DNA of 64,000 nt, from the NCBI GenBank assembly GCA_028711065.1, contig JAQTSY010000003.1, forward strand, positions 1,136-65,135, read 5' to 3'. Both the position numbers and the translations under genes were made by a program. This document shows, in pieces, positions 20,702 to 31,055 of the stretch. Each line of letters begins with the position of its first letter. The stretch's first letter is position 1. The stretch is from Minisyncoccota bacterium. Lineage in GTDB: Bacteria; Patescibacteriota; Minisyncoccia; Phycocordibacterales; JAQTLZ01. Under the pieces are notes generated by a model. It saw nothing but the letters and a program-made list of their open reading frames with translations. It was not told where the DNA came from and did not search any database.

Positions 20702-21034
20702 TTAGCGAGGAAGAAGATTCGGAACGTTATTTGCCTGATTCAACTGAAGAGAATCTCGGAGAAGGTTTACTAAGCCCCAAACAGAAACCATAACGAAAAT
20801 AGCAATAATACCGTAAATCATTGTGTTTCGTCCCGCTGATCGCTTCTCTTCGTCTCCTCCAGCCAGAATGTATGTAAGGACTCCGTAAAGAAAGAGTACA
20901 ACCGCTGCAGAAATAAAGAGCGGTACAAGTTTGGTAAGGATATTTTGGGCAAAGTTAATGAGACCATCAATGCCAGCTGCAAATGCAAGCATTGGAAGTG
21001 CCCAGGCTGATGCAATAATAAGAGTTTTTTTCAT
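20702..21034 (-). CDS. VirB2/TrbC-like pilin with signal peptide
   Basis: LPMLAFA, YILAGGDEEKRSAGRNTMIYG. Confidence 0.8.
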   Translation of the reverse strand: MKKTLIIASAWALPMLAFAAGIDGLINFAQNILTKLVPLFISAAVVLFLYGVLTYILAGGDEEKRSAGRNTMIYGIIAIFVMVSVWGLVNLLRDSLQLNQANNVPNLLPR

Positions 21035-21138
21035 TGCTTAAAAAATAACTTAATAAATTGATAATAATACGTACTCTAATCGTAACAAACCAAGAAAAAT
21101 GAGCAAGAAAGACGTGTGGATACCAAAAAGCCTTTCTC

Positions 21139-21456
21139 TTAGCGACCTGGAGGGGTTAATTGGGGAACAATTGGATTGCTTCCTACCACACTGGTGCTAA
21201 TAATACCGACAAGCGCCCACAATGTTGTAATCACAGCCAGCCCTACAATTCCATAAGTAATGAAACGTATCCCCTCTTTTCGCTTCTCTTCGTCTCCGCC
21301 TGAATAAATATAGCGAAGCACGCCGTAGAGAAAACCTATGACCGCAAGGCCAACAAGAAGAGGGATCACGCTGCCCAAATAGCTATTCAAACATCGGACG
21401 AGAGCGCTAAAGTCAGGGGTGCATACGGCGGCGGCAAGATTTTGTGAAGGAATCAT
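21139..21456 (-). CDS. VirB2/TrbC-like pilin
   Basis: YIYSGGDEEKRKEGIRFITYG. Confidence 0.8.
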   Translation of the reverse strand: MIPSQNLAAAVCTPDFSALVRCLNSYLGSVIPLLVGLAVIGFLYGVLRYIYSGGDEEKRKEGIRFITYGIVGLAVITTLWALVGIISTSVVGSNPIVPQLTPPGR

Positions 21457-21483
21457 AGAGATAGATAAATTATATTATTAAAA

Positions 21484-22650
21484 TTATTTTAATTGATTAA
21501 TAGTATTGGTAATAATACTGGAAAGCACTGTTGCCCCGAGAAGCACTCCCGCCCCAATCACAGTCCAGAGAAATGCTCTTTTGGCAGTCTCAAGTTCCTC
21601 GCTATTGCCTTGAGCTTTCACGAAGAGAAACCCGGTATATATGATGGCAAGTACAACAAGTATTCCTCCAAGCTGTTCAACTACCTTCAGAACTTTGGTA
21701 AAAAATGTATAAAGGTCGCACGTGCTACCGAGAGGATTCGGGAGTCCCCCGCCACCATTACAACTGCCCCCGCCACCTTTAGGAGTCAGATCAATACCAT
21801 CCCCAGCCTTGGGAAACAGATCAGCGCCGGGATCCGCGGGTGGGTTTGGATTGGTGGCAGGTGTCGGAGATGTTTGGCTACAATCCTTAGCTTGCAACTC
21901 TGACATTTTGGACTGAACAAGGTTGCGGGAATCTTGAAGTTGCGCGACTTCTACAAGAGCGATTTCATTAGCCTTATTTATATTATCTGGGTCGCTCGTA
22001 TCTGCTGCAAGAGCTTTTGCTTGTGCTGTTTTTGCGCTAATTTGAGAATCGATCGCCGAAAGAGCGTTTTGAATTTGCTGAATACTGTAAGCTTTATTTT
22101 CTTCGCAGGAACTACCCGCCCCCGTGCCAGCGCCAGCAGGAATTTGATCCAATATTGAAAGGGGTAAATCGATACCAGTATCGCCGTAACTACCCGAAAC
22201 ACCCCCGATTCCTAAATTAAACAAAGACCCTGATGGAAAATCTGCTGAAGGTGTCTTCGAAGTATACGGAAGAAGCTTTCTATTTATTGTAGTGATATCG
22301 GTAGCGGTGCATTGACGACACAGGCCTCCAGATACTCCTGAATTATTGATATAGCCCGTACATGCAGCATTTGATGGGAAAGCATTCACCGCTTTTTTAT
22401 CTTTACCCACAGCACACCACACAGTACACGTACCGCAAATATTCCAGGAGGATTGTCTGCCTTGGGTACAAGCCGGACCCGAAGAAAAAACATGGACTAC
22501 ATTATTGGAATCTTTTGAACACCATGTCGCTGCGGAGGCGGAAGAAGGAACAGCTCCCAAGATCAAAAGCAAGGCTACGACAGAGAGAAAACCGAAAACA
22601 AAAAATGATGTATGCGCGTAGGCGTCTTTTCCTTTTTTAATAATAGACAT
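21484..22650 (-). CDS. Pilin-domain protein with large Cys-rich/coiled-coil N-terminal extension
   Basis: C-terminal LPNPL..GFLFVKAQGNSEELETAKRAFLWTVIG pilin domain. Confidence 0.75.
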   Translation of the reverse strand: MSIIKKGKDAYAHTSFFVFGFLSVVALLLILGAVPSSASAATWCSKDSNNVVHVFSSGPACTQGRQSSWNICGTCTVWCAVGKDKKAVNAFPSNAACTGYINNSGVSGGLCRQCTATDITTINRKLLPYTSKTPSADFPSGSLFNLGIGGVSGSYGDTGIDLPLSILDQIPAGAGTGAGSSCEENKAYSIQQIQNALSAIDSQISAKTAQAKALAADTSDPDNINKANEIALVEVAQLQDSRNLVQSKMSELQAKDCSQTSPTPATNPNPPADPGADLFPKAGDGIDLTPKGGGGSCNGGGGLPNPLGSTCDLYTFFTKVLKVVEQLGGILVVLAIIYTGFLFVKAQGNSEELETAKRAFLWTVIGAGVLLGATVLSSIITNTINQLK

Positions 22651-22661
22651 TTTAAAAAAAA

Positions 22662-23540
22662 TTATCCCAGCAAGTTAAAACTTTTATCAACAAGAGAAGT
22701 AAGTATCGTATTCACCAGAAGCCACGCACAAAGCATGATGATAATTCCTACCAGTACACTCCAAAATATATGATGCGCCTCTTCTATTTTCCCAGGATTC
22801 CCTCCTGCGGTCAAATAGAGAAATCCGGCAAAAAAGAGAGAAATGGCCGCAATTGGAACCGCAACCCAAAGAAGAAACTTGATAATACTGGATACAAGAT
22901 CGATAAATTTCTTGTACCCGCAGCTATTAGCACTACCATCTGTAACTGAACCATCACATTCAGGAACAATGCCTTTGTGAGAAGTAAGTACAGCTGTCGG
23001 AGGAGTTGCCGCTGGATTTACTTTTTTCACGTTTTTGACAGGGGTTGCGACAGGGAGACCCTTTTTACAACTTTGACCAACCGGAAGATTATCAGCACAA
23101 GATATCACATTTGCATAAGGACCGCTCACAGGCTTATCTGTACTGTCATATCTGTACCAATCATAGGTACTGGAAGAGTTAGAACCCGGAAGGCCTTTAT
23201 TGCAAGTTTGGCCGGCTTGAAGATCTCGCTGACACTGAATCTGATTATTATAGGGACCCGCAAAAGAATTACCGAGACTATCGTAAATATACCAATCTTC
23301 ACTTGGCGGAGGAGTTCCGGGTTTGCAACTTTCGCCATCTGAAAGTGCGTCACTACAAGAGATAACATCGCTGTAGGGCCCTGCAATGGCAGATCCCGTA
23401 TCGTCGTAGATATACCATTCATCAGCAAATACTTTCTGTATCTGAAAAAAGAAAAGACCATAGAGCAGGAAAATAAATGCGCATACGGAAAAAAGTTGGC
23501 TTGTTTTTTTCGTAAAGGCAATTTTTTTGTCCTTCATCAT
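22662..23540 (-). CDS. Pilin-domain protein with three tandem WYxYD..GPY..C..C repeats
   Basis: GIVPEC..C, GFLYLTAGGNPGKIEEAHHIFW. Confidence 0.8.
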   Translation of the reverse strand: MMKDKKIAFTKKTSQLFSVCAFIFLLYGLFFFQIQKVFADEWYIYDDTGSAIAGPYSDVISCSDALSDGESCKPGTPPPSEDWYIYDSLGNSFAGPYNNQIQCQRDLQAGQTCNKGLPGSNSSSTYDWYRYDSTDKPVSGPYANVISCADNLPVGQSCKKGLPVATPVKNVKKVNPAATPPTAVLTSHKGIVPECDGSVTDGSANSCGYKKFIDLVSSIIKFLLWVAVPIAAISLFFAGFLYLTAGGNPGKIEEAHHIFWSVLVGIIIMLCAWLLVNTILTSLVDKSFNLLG

Positions 23541-23549
23541 TGCTGAAAA

Positions 23550-24824
23550 TTATTGATTGAATAAGAGTCCTATTTCCTGACTGGACTGGCCGATTGCATC
23601 AGAATATTTTTCCTGTCCCGAAGAAACTGTCTCAATCATACGCTGGAAGATACTCTTTGTCTCTGTGGGGTTTGGATCAAACCAGGCTTTTGAGCGCAGT
23701 GCTGAGGTGTAAAGAACTGGACTCAAAGGATCCTGCGGAGGGGTCGCGAGAAGATCAAGCCGCACAGGAGGAAGACCGCTCACGTCCGTGAAATTTTTGA
23801 TCACATCTCCCGACGTAAGATAGGTCACCATCGAAAGAGCGCTTGCATAATTCGGCGATGTCTTCAAAATCGCGAGCCCCAACATTTTCCCAAATGTGAG
23901 AGTGACTTTCGTGTCTTTTGGTTGCGGCATAAGAGCAATATCGAGATTCAAATTCGGATTTTCTTGACGGAGTTTGGGAAGTTCTGATGCAAAACCGAAA
24001 TAGACCGCGAGCTTCCCCGAGGAAAAAGAGTGGAAAGAAAGGGGCAACGAGCGGTTCCATGTATAAGCTTCATTCGTCGGATTGCCAAATTGAGCATAGA
24101 AACGAAGGCCATCTTCTGCAGAATTCCCTTCTGAATCCAGAACGGCATTCCAGCCAATTTCGTCTTTTTGCGTGATTGGATTTCCAGACTGAAGAAGAAG
24201 TGTCGCGAGAATTTCTTTTGCATTTGAGACATTTCTAAACTCGCCCATCGCTGTCGCGCTTTGAAGTATGACGGATGCATCATTTTTCTTAGTGAGCGTT
24301 TTTACAAACTTCACAAAATCAGTCCAATTTTTCGGCGGAGCAACGACCGAAGCATTTGTTAAAAGATCCCGATTCCAATACATAACGAGCGGATCAATAA
24401 CAAAAGGCAGGGCCAAAATTCCGTCTGGAGTTATATACATATTCCCCTCTTGTATAAATGTGTCCTGAAACTGCCTTTGACTAAGCGCGGTGAACGGAAT
24501 TTGAGCGATTTTTTCGGAATGTCGAAAGATTTTATCTTGGGCCAAAAGAAAAACATCGGGTCCGTGACCTGTAGCGATCGCTTCAGCAAGTTGAGTATCG
24601 AATGTCGCTTCATCTTTCTCAACGTACGTAAGCTTCAACTCGTCCTGTTTGCCTGCATTCAAGTTGGTAAGAAGAGCATTGAATGTCGCTTGAGGAACTG
24701 TGCCCCAGATGGTAATGGGAGCAGTTGCGCTTCCGTCCGGTGCTTTCACAATCGCAAACGTAATGACGCCAACGATGGCAAAGAAAATCAGAATTCCAAT
24801 AAAGACAATTTGAAAATTCGACAT
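23550..24824 (-). CDS. Extracellular solute-binding protein (family 1)
   Basis: ITIWG, GPDVF, ALPFVIDPLVMYWNRDL, PPKNW. Confidence 0.88.
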   Translation of the reverse strand: MSNFQIVFIGILIFFAIVGVITFAIVKAPDGSATAPITIWGTVPQATFNALLTNLNAGKQDELKLTYVEKDEATFDTQLAEAIATGHGPDVFLLAQDKIFRHSEKIAQIPFTALSQRQFQDTFIQEGNMYITPDGILALPFVIDPLVMYWNRDLLTNASVVAPPKNWTDFVKFVKTLTKKNDASVILQSATAMGEFRNVSNAKEILATLLLQSGNPITQKDEIGWNAVLDSEGNSAEDGLRFYAQFGNPTNEAYTWNRSLPLSFHSFSSGKLAVYFGFASELPKLRQENPNLNLDIALMPQPKDTKVTLTFGKMLGLAILKTSPNYASALSMVTYLTSGDVIKNFTDVSGLPPVRLDLLATPPQDPLSPVLYTSALRSKAWFDPNPTETKSIFQRMIETVSSGQEKYSDAIGQSSQEIGLLFNQ

Positions 24825-24826
24825 AA

Positions 24827-25357
24827 TTATGGCTTTTTAAAAATGAACCCGTAGTGATGATCCCCTGCCCTGATCTGAGTCTGAAATACAAACCCGGCCT
24901 TCTCAAAAAGTGCTCTGGCTTTCACTGCAGGGAAAATAGTGTCGAACGAAGGACCCATGCCCCCAAATGAATCTGTCCAATCAATCACCAGCGCTCGGCC
25001 GCCCGATTTTAAAATTCTTTTTGCCTCCGAAAGGACAGCTTCTTTTGCGGCAGTCTGGAAGAGAATATTTGAAATCACAACACCATCAACAGAATCTGCT
25101 CTCAAATGCGTACCCCCTGGTTTTTCCACGTCCGCCCAAACGATCTCTATGTTTGTGAGATTTCGCTTTCCTCCTTCAGTTTTAATTTTCGAAAGCAGAT
25201 CTTTCTGGACATCAATCGCGTAGACTTTCCCCGCACCGCCGACAGCTTTTGCAATTTCAAAAGCATAAAAGCCGGTACCCGCACCAAAATCCGCGACTCT
25301 TGCTCCAGATTGAAGTCCGAATTGTTGTATATTGTGTTCTGGGTCTGTAAAGGCCAT
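24827..25357 (-). CDS. Class I SAM-dependent methyltransferase
   Basis: VADFGAGTG, VYAIDV, RILKSGG, GDHHYG. Confidence 0.9.
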   Translation of the reverse strand: MAFTDPEHNIQQFGLQSGARVADFGAGTGFYAFEIAKAVGGAGKVYAIDVQKDLLSKIKTEGGKRNLTNIEIVWADVEKPGGTHLRADSVDGVVISNILFQTAAKEAVLSEAKRILKSGGRALVIDWTDSFGGMGPSFDTIFPAVKARALFEKAGFVFQTQIRAGDHHYGFIFKKP

Positions 25358-25435
25358 AGAAATGAATCCTTTACAGTATACAACAAAACAAAAGTGAAAG
25401 ACTGGTGGGGCTGGGGAAAAAGAAATGAGTTCGGA

Positions 25436-25473
25436 GCAACAAAAAACCGCTCGACCGAGCGGTTTTTTGTTGC
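25436..25473. terminator. Hairpin terminator
   Basis: AGCAACAAAAAACCGCTC-GACC-GAGCGGTTTTTTGTTGCT. Confidence 0.75.
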
Positions 25474-25501
25474 TAATAATTCTAAGAGATTTGTCCTTTA
25501 A

Positions 25502-27931
25502 CTAGTGAAGAGGACAATTCTCTGGAGCAGTGAATCGAGCCGCGAGATCGCTGTATGCGCTGTCTGTGCCCGGAACCGCTGCGTTAAACGCGTCGATAAT
25601 CTGTTGAGTAGTGAAGCCTGTCGTGAGTCCAGCTGAAGTGTTGAGGAGAGCGTTGACTGTTGCTCGAGCGAGTTGATTGATTCCCCCGCCGTTTGCCTCA
25701 AGCGCTTGCTGGAGCGTAGGGTTTGCTACTGGAGCAGGCTTGCCTTTTGCACTCCACATAATTGAGATCTGTTCGAAGACACTACTAAACAACTGACTTG
25801 GAGTGTATCCGACCCAACTTGCTGGATGATTCTTCCAATATCCTGGAGAACAATACTGCAAGACTGGTGCTTTCGTGTTGGTGATTGTACAAGTCTTTGT
25901 CTCTCCTGGTCCTACTGCAACATCCGTACAAGTATTTCCAGTCTGATTCCATCCTGATGGAACAGTTTCAGTTACTGAATAGGTGCCTGGAGTTACTTCA
26001 TAGTCTTTGTTATTTGCGTCAGTTACCGTACCCGCTCCACCGCCAGTGATCGTTCCACTTCCTGTCGCGTTGATCGAGAAAGAAGTTGTATCACCGCTTG
26101 GGTCAGTTACTTTGTCTACAATAAGGTGGCCATTCTTTGTGTTCGTGAATGTACAGGTTACTGTCTGACCTGCGGCGAGAGTGATACTTGCTGGGGTATT
26201 TCCTTGACCATCACATGTTGCACTTGTTTGAACCCATCCTGATGGAAGAGTTTCAGAAACAGAATAAGTACCAGCGTTTAGAGTCTGGTCATTTGGTGCC
26301 GCAGCGTCAGTGAGAGAAAAGTTTGTGTATCCTGCACCTCCTGCGGTGAAATCAAAGCTTTGTGAGTCGCCAGAAGGATTAGTTACTTTGTCCACAATGA
26401 TGTGGCCCTGCGAAACTACCGTGAATGGCTCACACTGACCGTCTGCTGCCGAGTAGGTAGCATCACCATTATAGTGTGCTTTGAATCCATAACTACCTGC
26501 TGAAAGTGGTCCTTGGCTCGATGATGGATGAGCAACTCCGGAAACAAGCGGAATGCCTGAACCAGAGGCTGTCGCCTGACTATCGCAAGTGCTTGATGTG
26601 TAGAATGAGAAATCTACGGTTCCTGTTGGAGTCGGACCTGAACCTGAAACAGTTGCTTTATCATGAACTGTCACTGGACTCGTTACTGAACCACTCACTA
26701 CTGCCTCAGAAGCATTATGAACTTCAGTGGCTACTGATGGAGTGAGTTTGTTTACCGTAAGAAGTTCGCATGCTCCTTCGCTTGCATTGTACGTATCGCT
26801 TCCTGCATAGCTAGCTTTGTAAGACATCGCGGGAGCAGCTGCTGCAACTCCAGTTGTCTCTGCATGTCCTGTGCCATCGAGCGCTACTACTTGAGGAGCG
26901 CCATTTGTTGCTGTACATGCGCCGTCGCTGTAAAGCTGGAAGGAAACATTGCCAGTTGGAGTTCCTCCTGTACCAGTGACAGTTGCATTGTCATGCACCA
27001 TATCCCCGACTGTTGCGGAGGTGATGACTGCATGAGTAGCACTGTGAATATCAGTAGAAGTCTGGGAATCAAGTTTTGTTGCCGCTAATGGCTCGCATGC
27101 GCCATCTGCTGCTACATAATTGCCATCGCCATTATAGTGAGCTTTGTAAGAGAGACCTGTTGTTGGAACAGTTGTTGCGCTTGATTCTGCTACCCCCGCG
27201 ACGAGTGCTACGCCCGACTGTGTTGTTGGAGTCGCCTCACAAGTGGTATTTGGATAGAGATTAAAATTGACAGTGCCTGTAGGAACAGGGCCGCCAGTTT
27301 CGCCAGTAACCGTTGCTTGATCGTGTACAGAAGAACCGATTGGAGCTGAAGTGATAACACCATGATTTGCATCATGAACATTCGTAGTTACCGTCGGAGT
27401 GTGAACAACCTTCAGAATCTTTGATGCACCGAGTGTTGGGCCTGCTGTCTCATCAAGAGCGTCAGCATGAGATTTTCCTCCGCTGTAGCTTGTGATTGCA
27501 TCAATATGTCGCGTGGAATTCACAATTTCATTTGCATGATTGACTGTATAGGGAATGAGAGCTGAGCTAAGACTTGCAACTCCCGTACCGCCGATTCTTG
27601 GGACTGCGCCCAATGCATGAGAGACACCATCCGGTGTAGTGAGCGTCCACGTTCCGCCTTCAAATGCACAGTTCGGAGTAGGAAGTGCCGAAAGTGTTGC
27701 TTTATACTTAATAGCTTCACCATCAGACACTGTTCCTGATCCGATGTTTGTTGTTCCGTCAGAACGGAACGCGGCAACAGAAATTCCTCCGCCGTTATCG
27801 GTACAACCTGCTGGGTCAACATCTGCTCTTGCCGGAGTACCTGCAAAGGCGACTGCAAGCAAGAGACTCAAAACTGAAGCAGAAAGGATCTTGCCGAAAA
27901 TCGATCTTTTTTGCGTTGTTATTTTTTTCAT
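25502..27931 (-). CDS. Large secreted surface protein with tandem Ig-like/prealbumin-like repeats
   Basis: Signal peptide; 3x VHDxATV..PTGTVxFxxY..C..YxGDxxY..CE; 2x GHIIVDKVT..CTxTN; C-terminal CSPGYWKNH. Confidence 0.85.
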   Translation of the reverse strand: MKKITTQKRSIFGKILSASVLSLLLAVAFAGTPARADVDPAGCTDNGGGISVAAFRSDGTTNIGSGTVSDGEAIKYKATLSALPTPNCAFEGGTWTLTTPDGVSHALGAVPRIGGTGVASLSSALIPYTVNHANEIVNSTRHIDAITSYSGGKSHADALDETAGPTLGASKILKVVHTPTVTTNVHDANHGVITSAPIGSSVHDQATVTGETGGPVPTGTVNFNLYPNTTCEATPTTQSGVALVAGVAESSATTVPTTGLSYKAHYNGDGNYVAADGACEPLAATKLDSQTSTDIHSATHAVITSATVGDMVHDNATVTGTGGTPTGNVSFQLYSDGACTATNGAPQVVALDGTGHAETTGVAAAAPAMSYKASYAGSDTYNASEGACELLTVNKLTPSVATEVHNASEAVVSGSVTSPVTVHDKATVSGSGPTPTGTVDFSFYTSSTCDSQATASGSGIPLVSGVAHPSSSQGPLSAGSYGFKAHYNGDATYSAADGQCEPFTVVSQGHIIVDKVTNPSGDSQSFDFTAGGAGYTNFSLTDAAAPNDQTLNAGTYSVSETLPSGWVQTSATCDGQGNTPASITLAAGQTVTCTFTNTKNGHLIVDKVTDPSGDTTSFSINATGSGTITGGGAGTVTDANNKDYEVTPGTYSVTETVPSGWNQTGNTCTDVAVGPGETKTCTITNTKAPVLQYCSPGYWKNHPASWVGYTPSQLFSSVFEQISIMWSAKGKPAPVANPTLQQALEANGGGINQLARATVNALLNTSAGLTTGFTTQQIIDAFNAAVPGTDSAYSDLAARFTAPENCPLH

Positions 27932-28167
27932 ATTTTTGTTTTTATTCTTATAATTTAATTGTTAAAGAAAACCACTCTGCGTAAGTTTTCGACCTTGTCA
28001 TTGCTCTTTATTCTACCTTGCACTCTTTTTGATTGCACCGTTGATTTTTTAAAATATATATTGTACAAGCTGTACAATATGTATATAACCTGTGCATTTT
28101 GTGTGGATAAAAAAGCAATCATTCGACCTCTATAGTGACGCCACAGATTAATTCTTCTTACAAACGA

Positions 28168-28202
28168 AAGCCCCGCGAAGCCGAAGGCTTCGCGGGGCTT
28201 CA
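28168..28202 (-). terminator. Hairpin after the pilin operon
   Basis: AAGCCCCGCGAAGCC-GAA-GGCTTCGCGGGGCTT. Confidence 0.65.
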
Positions 28203-28215
28203 AAACTTCAAAAAT

Positions 28216-28707
28216 TTAGCGAGTAACAGTTATAACCTCGTTTAATTCTGCAAAGGGAGCGGAAACGGTAATTCTTGTCGTTGTAGCATCTTTTTGAACA
28301 GTATACCCGCTGTTATAGTCCGAAGCGGTCTTAAAATAAGCCTTGCTTGCATCGGGATCGATAGGCAACGAAGGAAAATAGGTCGGAACAAGACAAGCAT
28401 TGAGATCAATCGCATTCGATATCGCGGTGCTTGATGCGATTTTCCAAATAGTCGTGGTCGCGATGTCCTGGCCACAAGTAGAATCAGTTGCCAATCGAAA
28501 TACTCCTTTATTATCAGCGATCCTCTGGCCGATGGCATTTAAAATTTCATTTACATTGCTCTGACGCTGTAAATTTCTCGCTTGAGCAAATTGCCGAGAA
28601 GGATTAATAGCAATGAGAACAATACCCGCCAATATGGCGATTATTCCGATCACAACAAGCACTTCAACCAAAGTGAAGCCGCCTTTCCTTGCAATTTGAG
28701 TTTTCAT
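28216..28707 (-). CDS. Type IV pilin / GspG-like major pilin
   Basis: KGG|FTLVEVLVVIGIIAIL class III signal. Confidence 0.9.
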   Translation of the reverse strand: MKTQIARKGGFTLVEVLVVIGIIAILAGIVLIAINPSRQFAQARNLQRQSNVNEILNAIGQRIADNKGVFRLATDSTCGQDIATTTIWKIASSTAISNAIDLNACLVPTYFPSLPIDPDASKAYFKTASDYNSGYTVQKDATTTRITVSAPFAELNEVITVTR

Positions 28708-28733
28708 AACAACTCCCCTATTCTGCCACATTT

Positions 28734-29165
28734 TTACGGCAATGAACAGTTCTCGGCACTCGAAGTCGCTGTTTCTTCAAATGAGAGAATAGATAAGTTA
28801 CCGCTATTCAAAAGCGCTTTCAAATTGGTATGAGCGGAATGTACCAGAGCCCTTGTTTGAATTTCAATACCTCCAGGCGAAGCCTGAAGAGGACAAATTC
28901 TGCAAGAATCTTCTCCTTCCATGATTTTCTCATTTCCCGCGTATAAACTATCTTCTGAAAGGTTCATACGAGCTGTTTCAAAACAGGCCAGCGCCAAAAG
29001 AGCACTGCGTTTTTTATTTTCCGAATCCAAAATATTGAAGCGGGTGAAAAAAGAACCTAAATTTAAAGAAAGAAGAATTGCAAGCAAAACCGCAGAGATA
29101 ATAATCGCCGAGACAAGCGCGATGAATCCTTTCTTTTTTTCTTTTTTCTGTTTTCTACCTGACAT
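28734..29165 (-). CDS. PilX-like minor pilin
   Basis: KG|FIALVSAIII (no Glu5). Confidence 0.7.
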   Translation of the reverse strand: MSGRKQKKEKKKGFIALVSAIIISAVLLAILLSLNLGSFFTRFNILDSENKKRSALLALACFETARMNLSEDSLYAGNEKIMEGEDSCRICPLQASPGGIEIQTRALVHSAHTNLKALLNSGNLSILSFEETATSSAENCSLP

Positions 29166-29622
29166 AATACGTGCTTGTTGCGAATCGACTTCCTATTTGT
29201 ATGACAACCTGAATCCCGGGAGGACTGTCAGAAGATGTGGGAGAAATGTAAGAAAAAGAAACAGAATCAACTTTTACAGACTCACTATTCAATGGAATGG
29301 CTTCTTTATTGGATCTCGAGAGTGTGAGTAAACCATCCTTTGCCACAAGTGTCAGAGGATTTGTTGAAAAATTATATTTGCGAACAATAAGTTTAGTCGA
29401 AACTCCCGGTCCAAGCGGAGCGTCTATCGAAGAAACGCTCGAAAGGACCCAGTCTATTTTTTTGAAAAGAAAATTCAACTCTTCATCCACAAGAATGCTC
29501 TGACTTTGTCTTCCGGATGATTCAATTAAATAATAGGACGCGGAAAGAATGCCTCCAAGAATAAGTGAAAGCAGGCCTATATAGAGTATTGTTTCGATTA
29601 AAGTGAAGCCGCCCTTTTTCAT
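29155..29622 (-). CDS. Minor pilin (PilW/GspJ-like)
   Basis: GG|FTLIETILYIG. Confidence 0.8.
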   Translation of the reverse strand: MKKGGFTLIETILYIGLLSLILGGILSASYYLIESSGRQSQSILVDEELNFLFKKIDWVLSSVSSIDAPLGPGVSTKLIVRKYNFSTNPLTLVAKDGLLTLSRSNKEAIPLNSESVKVDSVSFSYISPTSSDSPPGIQVVIQIGSRFATSTYYVR

Positions 29623-31055
29623 TGTGGTGAAATTGCTACAACCGCGCCATTTTGGAGCGACGCATACACGCGATTATTTTCGTAATCAAGACCGGAAATG
29701 CGAAAAGAAAAAGATACTTTTCCTATCGCAACGGCTTTGCTTGGATCAGAAACATCCCAAATCTCCATCTCATTCGCTTCTTTTTGGGTACCGCATTTTA
29801 CGCACACGCCAAGATACACTAGATTCCCGCTCGCCAAAATCTCCGTGACATCGCCATCAACAAAATATCCAAAAGCCGGTGGAATATTTTTGGGATCTCT
29901 TATATCAAAAATGAGAAATTCCGGTTCGCTTCCGTCACTTTTTCCTCGCTCCCGCCCAAGATACAATTTTTGCCCCAAAACGGCCAAAGAAAGGCCGGAT
30001 TTTTCTCCTGGAGCACTTCCCGAAGAGAGGAGCGTAGGGAAATAAGGATCTGAAATGTCGACAATTTTAAGCGGTGTGAAAGGTGCAGTAGAACCAGGGC
30101 CCGTAGCGAGATATGCAATATTTCCCTGCACAACAATATGATTTACATTGCGATTTATTTTGAGACTCCCCTGCCAAATCGGATTCCCCGGATCTGACAC
30201 ATCAAAAATATGAAATTCATTTTGCGCGCTCGGGAGAAGTCTTTGTGTTCCAAGATACGCTTTTGTATCGTAATAAAAAACACTTCTTCCCAAACCATTC
30301 GTGACTCCTGGAATTGTGAGAGAAGCTAGAAGAATGGGCACGTTTGTATCTATTATTTCAAACTGTTCAGTGGATGAAGCGTTGGCCACGTAAGCATAAT
30401 TTCCCGCAACATCTACCTCTTGGGGCATTCCGGTATTGAGAGAAGAAGCACTGCCGTTTTTAATATCGTAGGTAAAAAAATTCGAAACATCGGGAGTTGT
30501 AGATGCGGTTGCATAGATGATGCCATTTTTCACATCCATCCCAGTAATTTCTGGTGCGGGCAGTGAAAAAGATTCTTGTTTAGTAAGATCCCAAAGAGAA
30601 CCTGGAAGCATACTCCCTCCGCAATCATTCCCCAATTTTGAAAGTATTGATTTGCTTCCAAAAAAACTTGCAAGGGTTATGCTTTGCGGCCTCTTCCCGC
30701 TTTGCCAAGAGAGAATTTGCGAAACCTGTTTTCTGCAGGGGGTGACATCGGAAACCAAAAGCGTTTTCGTATAGAGGCCGCTATAGAGCCCTTCGTCTGT
30801 ATTCGTAATGACAGATGAGGTGGCGATAATCCCATTGAAATCGGTAAATGATTTCCCGCGAAGGGCTTCGAATTCGCGCGACGCAAGAGAGAGGCCGTGA
30901 TTATTGAGATCGGTATCGAGCGTCAGAGTTTGGTTAGAAAAACTAAGAAGAATAAGCGCGGTAAAGGTAATAGACAAAACCGCAAGCGCGATAATAATTT
31001 CGAGCGTACTTATTCCGCGAGTGTAATTCTTTTTAATAATTAATCCTCCCTTCAT
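29619..31055 (-). CDS. Minor pilin fused to an LVIVD-type beta-propeller
   Basis: RG|ISTLEIII; repeats VAGNYAYVA, FHIFDVSDP, IVDISDP, IWDVSDP. Confidence 0.8.
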   Translation of the reverse strand: MKGGLIIKKNYTRGISTLEIIIALAVLSITFTALILLSFSNQTLTLDTDLNNHGLSLASREFEALRGKSFTDFNGIIATSSVITNTDEGLYSGLYTKTLLVSDVTPCRKQVSQILSWQSGKRPQSITLASFFGSKSILSKLGNDCGGSMLPGSLWDLTKQESFSLPAPEITGMDVKNGIIYATASTTPDVSNFFTYDIKNGSASSLNTGMPQEVDVAGNYAYVANASSTEQFEIIDTNVPILLASLTIPGVTNGLGRSVFYYDTKAYLGTQRLLPSAQNEFHIFDVSDPGNPIWQGSLKINRNVNHIVVQGNIAYLATGPGSTAPFTPLKIVDISDPYFPTLLSSGSAPGEKSGLSLAVLGQKLYLGRERGKSDGSEPEFLIFDIRDPKNIPPAFGYFVDGDVTEILASGNLVYLGVCVKCGTQKEANEMEIWDVSDPSKAVAIGKVSFSFRISGLDYENNRVYASLQNGAVVAISPQ

